From the human T2T-CHM13v2.0 reference genome, Homo sapiens, in the NCBI RefSeq assembly GCF_009914755.1, contig NC_060926.1: 64,000 bases of DNA; one strand, given 5' to 3'. Under the pieces are notes generated by a model. That model was not told where the DNA came from. It worked only from the letters and a program-made list of their open reading frames with translations, and did not search any database. Both the position numbers and the translations under genes were made by a program. Below, piece after piece: positions 56,811 to 64,000 of the stretch (position 1 is its first letter; each line of letters opens with the position of its first letter).

Positions 56811-57413
56811 GCCAACCTGGGGTTGCTGATGGAACTAGTTAAAAGAGTGTCTGTGAAGCAAGCCTAGCTGGGTGGGCTTGCAAGCATTTCTGGGTCGCTG
56901 CATCCTCCTCTGTAAAATGGGAGAACCCTGAACTGCTCAGCCGACCTCATGGTTGACTCACTCAGCAACAGAGGTCTCCACAGGAGCCCTGCCCACATGA
57001 GACATCTTTGGCACATCTTCTGAAACAAGACCTGTTTCTGGAAAGTTGTTGGTAAACATCCAATTTTGCACTTATTTATATTATTGTTTCAGAAACACTA
57101 CCTTCATTCTGCTTTGATTCAATGGCAGCCAATTTAATTCATTTGGTCCAAACCTGTAGTGCTACTTGCCAGAACAAAATGGAATGAGCCTCATTCCCTG
57201 CCCTCAAGGAGCTCACAGTCCAGTGGCTCTGTCTTTAATATCTATAAGAGCACAGGTAAGTGTCACAGGAAGCCATGGTCCTTTGGGGGAAATGAAGAAC
57301 ACTCTTGTAATATGATTAATCACTTCCAAATACTTTACCTGGTTTGTAAGTTCTCTTTCGGGTGCTTCCCTGAGTGGCAAGAGGGAAAGGCCTTTTGCAA
57401 GTACTGACACCGC

Positions 57414-57716
57414 TTTCTTTTTTTTTTTTTTTTTTTTGAGACAGAGTTTCGCTCTTGTTGCCCAGGCTGGGGTGCAATGGTGTGATCTCGGCTCACCACC
57501 TCTGCCTCCTGGGTTCAAGCAATTCTCCTCCCTCAGCCTCCTGAGTAGCTGGGATTACAGGCATGTGCGACCATGCCTGGCTAAGTTTATATTTTTAATA
57601 GAGATGAGGTTTCTCCATGTTGGTCAGGCTGGTCTCAAACTCTTGACCTCAGGTGATCTACCCACCTCGGCCTCCCAAAGTGCTGGAATTACAGACGTGA
57701 GCCACTGCGCCCAGCC
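57414..57716 (-). mobile_element. Alu (AluS-type)
   Basis: Poly(T) plus reverse consensus; TSD acac(c/t)gctttctt. Confidence 0.94.
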
Positions 57717-60700
57717 TTACACTGCTTTCTTAATTACAGCAGTGTGCTCATCTCACATAAAAATTTAAGACGGGAAAACAGGAAGATGCATTCTGAGAAG
57801 TTATATCAGCCCCTCTGCCTCTCTACATTCCAAAACAGCCTTTTATTCTAATTATTTTACTAGTGAATTATGGAATAAAGTAGTATTATGTTTCTTTCTA
57901 CACAACTTGTGTTGCACTAGGTGAAATCTCAGGCTAACAGAGCTTCAGGGAGGAAAGGCCAGACCAAAAATATGCCTCACTCCACAGAGAAGCTGTACCA
58001 CCAGAAGTCCTGGAAAACTGAGAGGTTTGCATGTTGTAACAATGCAACTCAAGACTATCAGAATGATATAAATATTTGTATAGATACTTATCAAAGCAAC
58101 AATCAGAGATCAGGTCCCTCCAAATGAGCTTACAGTTTATGATCCTGCTTTGTAAAAGCTGGTGAAACAAAATGATGGATAGCAGATTTGCTGAGCTCCA
58201 AAGTCAGGGAGTAGGTAAACAGTGTGAACGTGTCAGCTCCCTCCTGGCTCTCCTCTACATTCTGTGAGCAAACGGAAAAATAAACCATCGGAAAAAGTCT
58301 CAGCCTAATAAAACTGCACAGACAGAATAACTTCTTCATCAGATTCAGAAGAGTAGCAGGGGGTTTCTCGCTAGCACAGATTTGAGCTCTGCCATCACAC
58401 ACTTTGTACATACAATTCTGGGATCTCAGGTATTGCTCCTAAAGAAAGAGCCAGCTTCCTTCTCTTATCTTCCTCCAACATCCAAAAGCAGTGTTCACAC
58501 CCAATCCCATGCTTTCTAATATTAAAATATGAATTTAAGAAATACCAGTGAAAAGAGATTTTTTAAACCAGAAACTCTTTGTGTTGTAATGTTCTTGATA
58601 TGTTAATAAAACTGTTTTCAATCATCATCAGAGAAAAACAAATTTACCTCTGATCATGGTAGCACAGTAGAGCAGAAAGAGCACTCAATTGGTGATCAAA
58701 AGAAATAAATTCTAGTCCTGTCACCCAGAAACTATGTGACCAGGGGAGGTACTTAATCTCTAAGAGAATCAAGTCTCGAGTGGGTAAAATGAGCTGGGGA
58801 AGGAGTGAACCAGTGAGAAAGAACACTGGTCTGTCTGGGGCTCCCAGAAGACACAGCCAGACTTCTTTCTTGCTCTTGTCCAAACACCTCCTTGTCTTTT
58901 AAGGCCTGGGCTGTCTAGGGGGATGGCTACTGGCTTGGAGCAAAACCAACGTGTCTGTCATCTTAATACACACGGAATGTGTTGAAATGAAGGTGTCTGT
59001 GTGGAAGGGACAGACCCAGATCCACTCTGCATTTGTCCTGGCAATGGGAGCAGGAATGAGTCCACCTTCTCTAAACCTGGTCACTCCTAGTCCCAAGATG
59101 GAGAAGCCACATCACCCTTGATCATGTTAGCCCCATTCTGCAGCCTCAGGAGGCTCTGACCAGGTGGAAAGCCAGAATGGGGTCCAACCAGGAGACCCAA
59201 GACAGAAAAGGCAGGTGGCTGCAAGGAGCCTCACTTCTCCAGGCATTGTGACTTTTTATTAAAAACCCTTACCCATGCCACCCACCGCAGCCTGGACAGG
59301 CATTCCAGGAGCCAGACATGTCCCTGGAAGACAGTAGGCTATTGCTTCCTCTGAGCACTGCAACAATTTTCTCTGGACCCTCTCCTCCACCTATTCACAG
59401 ATGGGGCATAACCCTCCCTCCTATCCATTAGATTGCCCAAATCTGGGAAAATAATGTGTGGCGCTCAGGTCTGAGTGCAGACCAAGCTCCCAATACCAGT
59501 GGCTCTTTCAGGCTTACAAAGCCTTGGTGGTTTCCACACCCAGCAGTTCCTACCCAGGACTGAGAAGCCCTCAGCAAACACCCAGATGGCCCTTGTTCAC
59601 CCTCCTGGAAACCTATAGCTGCCAGGGAAATGTGACATTTTGTGAGGACTAATTTAACCCGCCTAGAAGATTTAGGAGCCAAGATGCAACCCTAAAGCCC
59701 ACTGCAAGGGACAATATTCTGGATCTTTTGTCAGAGCTTTATTATTTTAATAAAATTTTTATATTAAACAGCAATTCACATTCATCTAAACCTCCTGAAA
59801 ATTGGTTATTGGCTGCTTCGTTGATTCTAGAAAAAAAAGAAAGCAAGAAATGCAGGAAAGGAACGAGGGGGCAGAGAGGGAATGAAAGACACTGAGTATT
59901 AAGGCCCAACCCAGCCAAAACCCCATCTGCTAGAAGCCTGCTGGAAGCCTACATGGCTTCGAGCGGCACATTCTGAGAACTCTGAAGAGTACCACTCAGC
60001 CGACACTGCCCCCATGACATAGGGCCCTGGTCTCCTCTTTGACTCACACTTGCCTGGCAGGACTCCCCAAACAGAACAGAGATGCTCAGCCGGGCACAAG
60101 AGAGCAGGCCCCAGCGCTCATGCTGCACTGTGGTTTCCCCAGCAATTCCAGAACTGCTGCCTACCGGCACGCATGCAGGATCAATGATGAAGATGCAGTA
60201 CCTTCTGGGTCTGCCTGGGTCCACCCTTCCTTTCTTAGTCACTGCAAGATTTCACCCAGCCCAGCCACCCACTGAAAAGGCAGAGGAGGCCACCTATCTG
60301 AATGCTAGGATATGACACACTTGAACCTTCCTCCTGGCCAGCCTGCTCTCCCAAAGAAGGAATAACAGAACAAAAAAGTCAACCTCTGACTACTTCTGGT
60401 TTGTAAATTTATACCAATGTTCTTCTTGAAGTGGGAGCTCAGCATCGGGACACCCAGAAAAAATAATCTCCAAGGCAAAAAGCAAATAGCAGAATGAGTC
60501 TGCTGAAACAGCCAACTCTGTCTCTGTCTCCCCCAAGCCCTCCTAGTCAGAACGTTCTCTCAGCATTTCAGCAGGTACTGCTCACCTGGAAATACAGCTG
60601 ATGTATTTACTGAGAAGCTTCTTCAAGCTTTCTACTGGTGCTTAGGGACAATGCCAATCAAGTCTTGAAATTATATAGAGAGGTGGAATATCAGGTACAT

Positions 60701-63110
60701 ATCTGTCCCTGAAAATGCTTAAAAGATCAAACTGATTCCTATCACATGCCTCCCCTACCAGTGAGCGCCCACCACTAGCTTCCTTGCTCCAAACTATTAA
60801 AACAGAGCGTCCCCCCAAAAAAACAGCCTTCTGCAAGCCACAACTTCCCTACCCTGTGTGCAGGCTGTGGAAGCGTGGGGTGGACCCAGAAGTATAAGGA
60901 GTTCTGGATCAGAATCCCTAGTCTACCCCTGCGGCTGCATGAGACCAGACCTGCCATTTAACCTCTCTAAGCTTCAACTACCCTTTCTCCTGCCTCTTCA
61001 CAGGGTTACTCATGAGGTGAGTCTCAATTTGACAATACTCCTCAAAGGGCTTACTCAAAAAAAAAATGTGATTTTATCCGTATCCTCATTACTAACAGCA
61101 CAATGGACATTCGAAAGGGATGGGCCCAATTTTTCATAAGCCAAAAAAGCTAGAGGATCGGAGAGAAAAGAAGGGACGGATACTCAGAAACGGCTTCAAG
61201 GGTGTCCTTTGGCACCCCATTCTTCCAGATTGTTCCAAATGCCTGCTGCAGTAATAACAGCCCCAAAAGAACACACCACTTTGTCAGGACTTGTAGGTGA
61301 AATGTGTTGGAGCAGCTGTCAGCTTGGGGAAAATCACTCATCAGGTAGTCAGCCGAGTGAGGCTGCCTTCAGCTGGACAAACACTGCATCCACACAGGGA
61401 ACAAGCGGGTGCTTTCCTGTCCTTCCCTTAGGGGCCAAACCAGCCCTCTTTTACCTTCTTGTCCAACCCAGTGGGCCTCTCTCCCTCAAATGCATACCTC
61501 CTTCTCTTTCCTCCAGCTCCCTAAGCTGTTGTTCAGGGCACAGACAGCTCTTCAGGCTGCCAGAGCAAGAGAGTTAGGAAATAACGACCCCTCCACATGC
61601 ATTCCCACCTCCCGGAAGCAGGGGACACAGCTGGCCACTCTGTGACGGAGGGTGGGTAACCTCTCTACCTGGGTCTATCATTTTAGAATAAATCATTCGT
61701 GGCTGACTCTTAAATGGGAAGGGCCAATTACAGATATCTCTGAGAACAACTCTACCTGAGGGAGGGGGAAATCCCTCCCAAAACAACGGTGGGCAGAAAA
61801 ATCTGCATCCCGTAAATACCCAGAAGCAATAGCAGCCCCACCTGGTTCGTCTGCCAGATGCTGTGGAGATGGCATGGTGGCATTTGGTAAATAACCCAAA
61901 TAGGGCTTTGCAGGGTATGGGACACCACACTAGGCTTTGCAGCCCGGGTGAAACCAGATGGTGCGAGAAGATAGTGAATCACTCATAGGCAAGGGATGTT
62001 AGCACACCTAAAAATCCCCTTTCCCAGCCATCCTTTGACACCCACCATAGAAATCACAGAGAGGTCAGAAAGAACACCTGGGCCCAAAATAGCCTGTCCT
62101 GTTAGCCAAATGCCAGCACTCCCACTTTCTCTGAGGGCATGGAGGGGAGGCAGCAGCTAGGGCTCTGGCCTCCTCATTTAATTCTCTCTGCATCAGAGGA
62201 AGAGTCACCTTCACAGGCCAGCTGTGGTCTGACTTGCCACATCTAATGCCACCAGGCCCTGCCAGCGGCCCCCATTCTGGTCTGTCAAACCCCTGGAAAA
62301 CTTCAGACAGTGTTCCTCAGATCCAGGACAGAGCTGGCTCAGGACGCCACATGGGTCAACCCGAGCGCACCAGTCCTCAGACCCTCCAAGGTGACAAAGA
62401 CCTCACTAGACTGTATCTCATTTTTCCAGCCTCAGTGAGCCGGCCCCAGCTGGCATGCTGAGTCCAGGAAAGCCCTGGCTATACAAAACACAGCACCCAC
62501 GTGCCTTTGTGCATGGCTGCTTAGAGGGCTAATGATAAAGGCAGCTCACTAAGAAAACGACCGTGCCCAGCAGTCTCCTAAATGGCGAAGGCAGCATTTA
62601 CCACTGATGACAGCCCCCCGCATGTTTCCTCCTAAACGCCTGATATATATCCATTTTTCTGTCAGCAACCTCAAATAATGTCTATAATGCTGAGATTTAT
62701 ACATGGGTACTTATAAATGTGATTTCATTATAGCCTCTGCAAAACTACCTTTCCGCCTAAACATTCAATTAATGTAATTAAATTGCTACCTGATGGCATT
62801 ATCTAATTTAACTTGGGATCCAAACTATTGAAAAGCATGTGCCTTTTAACACCCTGACTGGTAAGGCATGTGATGAACAGAGCTATAAACATGTTGGCGT
62901 AACTGAGCTGTTTAAAAATAAATTAGCAAACTATAAAAATAAACAGTAACGTACATATGTACTCAATTATGAACTAACTCTAATTTTTGTTCTGAAATAC
63001 TGTCTTTGACCTTAGTCATAAACAAGCACTATTAAAAAAACATAATATCCCAACAGACAGAGGGCCAAGGATTAAATGCTCTTCTAGCTCTGCAGAATGC
63101 AAAGCAAGAC

Positions 63111-63237
63111 AAGGAAGAAAGGAAGGGAAGGGAAGGGAAGGGAAGGGAGGGGAGGGGAGGGAAGGGAAGGGAAGGGAAGGGAGGAAGGGAGGGAGGGAGG
63201 GAGGGAGGGAGGGAGGGAGGGAGGGAGGGAAGGAGGG
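63111..63237. repeat. Pure polypurine (GGAAG)n/(GGGA)n tract
   Basis: About 127 nt with no pyrimidine on the plus strand. Confidence 0.92.
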
Positions 63238-64000
63238 CCCTTGCCTTTCTTGAAAAGCTAGAAAACTGTGTCCAAAACCTACAAAGACTGTTGTGCTCTT
63301 GTTGACTTGAAGCTGCTTCCGTTCAAGCCAGAAAAGTTAAAACCTTGTGAAGTGCTTTTACATTTTCAGATGTTTTGGAGTCTCTCAAGAAATGAGGACA
63401 GGCAAGGGGAAGAACTGTTTCCACATGCAGCTGTTTCAACAGCTCACTGCATAACAGAGTCTCTTACACAGGGCTGCCTCCGCACCTGAGCTGAGCTTGC
63501 TGTCCTAAGTCGGCTACTGCTTCTAAGTCCCCAGCTTTTCTAAGACATATGGCAGAAATGTGGAAATTGTCTTCCAAACAGCACAAGACAGAAAGCGGGT
63601 GGGGTGGGGGGCGACGGGTGCGGGGAGAAGGGAAGAAGTAAAAACAAGCTGTTGAAACTGTATACAGGACACGTCTTCACAGTAATCCAATGCTCCTGTA
63701 ACAAAGGACAGCATACTATGGGATAATTACTATGGATTATTATTACAGTTTCTAAAGCAAAAGAACAAAAAAAAATTCACAAAAGACATATTACACACGC
63801 AGATTTCTAAAGCTTTAAAATCATATGGTCTTCGGTGTTGGTTCCTATGGGGTTACGGATAATGCCCTAACTGAGCACGACAGATGCAAACACAAAAAAG
63901 AAATCACAATAAACCTGAAATTCTCTCATGTCATGGTGCTTACTGCCCTTTCTTTCACAAACAAAAGTAGTTGAGCAACAGCTAAGTAGTTATTCATCTC

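Noticed and set aside
60750-60775. CTCF-like CTACCAGTGAGCGC
   Set aside because: Three mismatches in the core consensus; unsupported without ChIP data.

Overview
Human (primate) genomic DNA covering the 3' part of BCL11A on the minus strand: ~39 kb of intron 2 (24801-64000), exon 3 (24699-24800), the large zinc-finger exon 4 (acceptor 18222; XL stop 16202; 3'UTR to ~12990) and the alternative terminal exon 5 of the L and S isoforms (8464 to ~6965). Intron 2 holds the known erythroid composite enhancer (+62 at ~46830, +58 at ~51180, +55 at ~54170), including the GATA1 site targeted by therapeutic Cas9 editing. Other content: a 1.3 kb frame-preserving (GGT)n VNTR in intron 3, nine Alus, L1/L2/MIR/MER5A fragments and microsatellites. 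Apart from BCL11A, the ORF track reflects repeats and antisense shadows. This is a well-studied locus and I see no convincing new biological system. The best leads are regulatory or structural: the VNTR, the dual-frame exon 5, an RFX X-box element, a MIR-derived poly(A) signal, a palindromic homeodomain element and the Alu arrangement around the enhancer. rsIDs, isoform names and repeat subfamilies are from recall and need checking.
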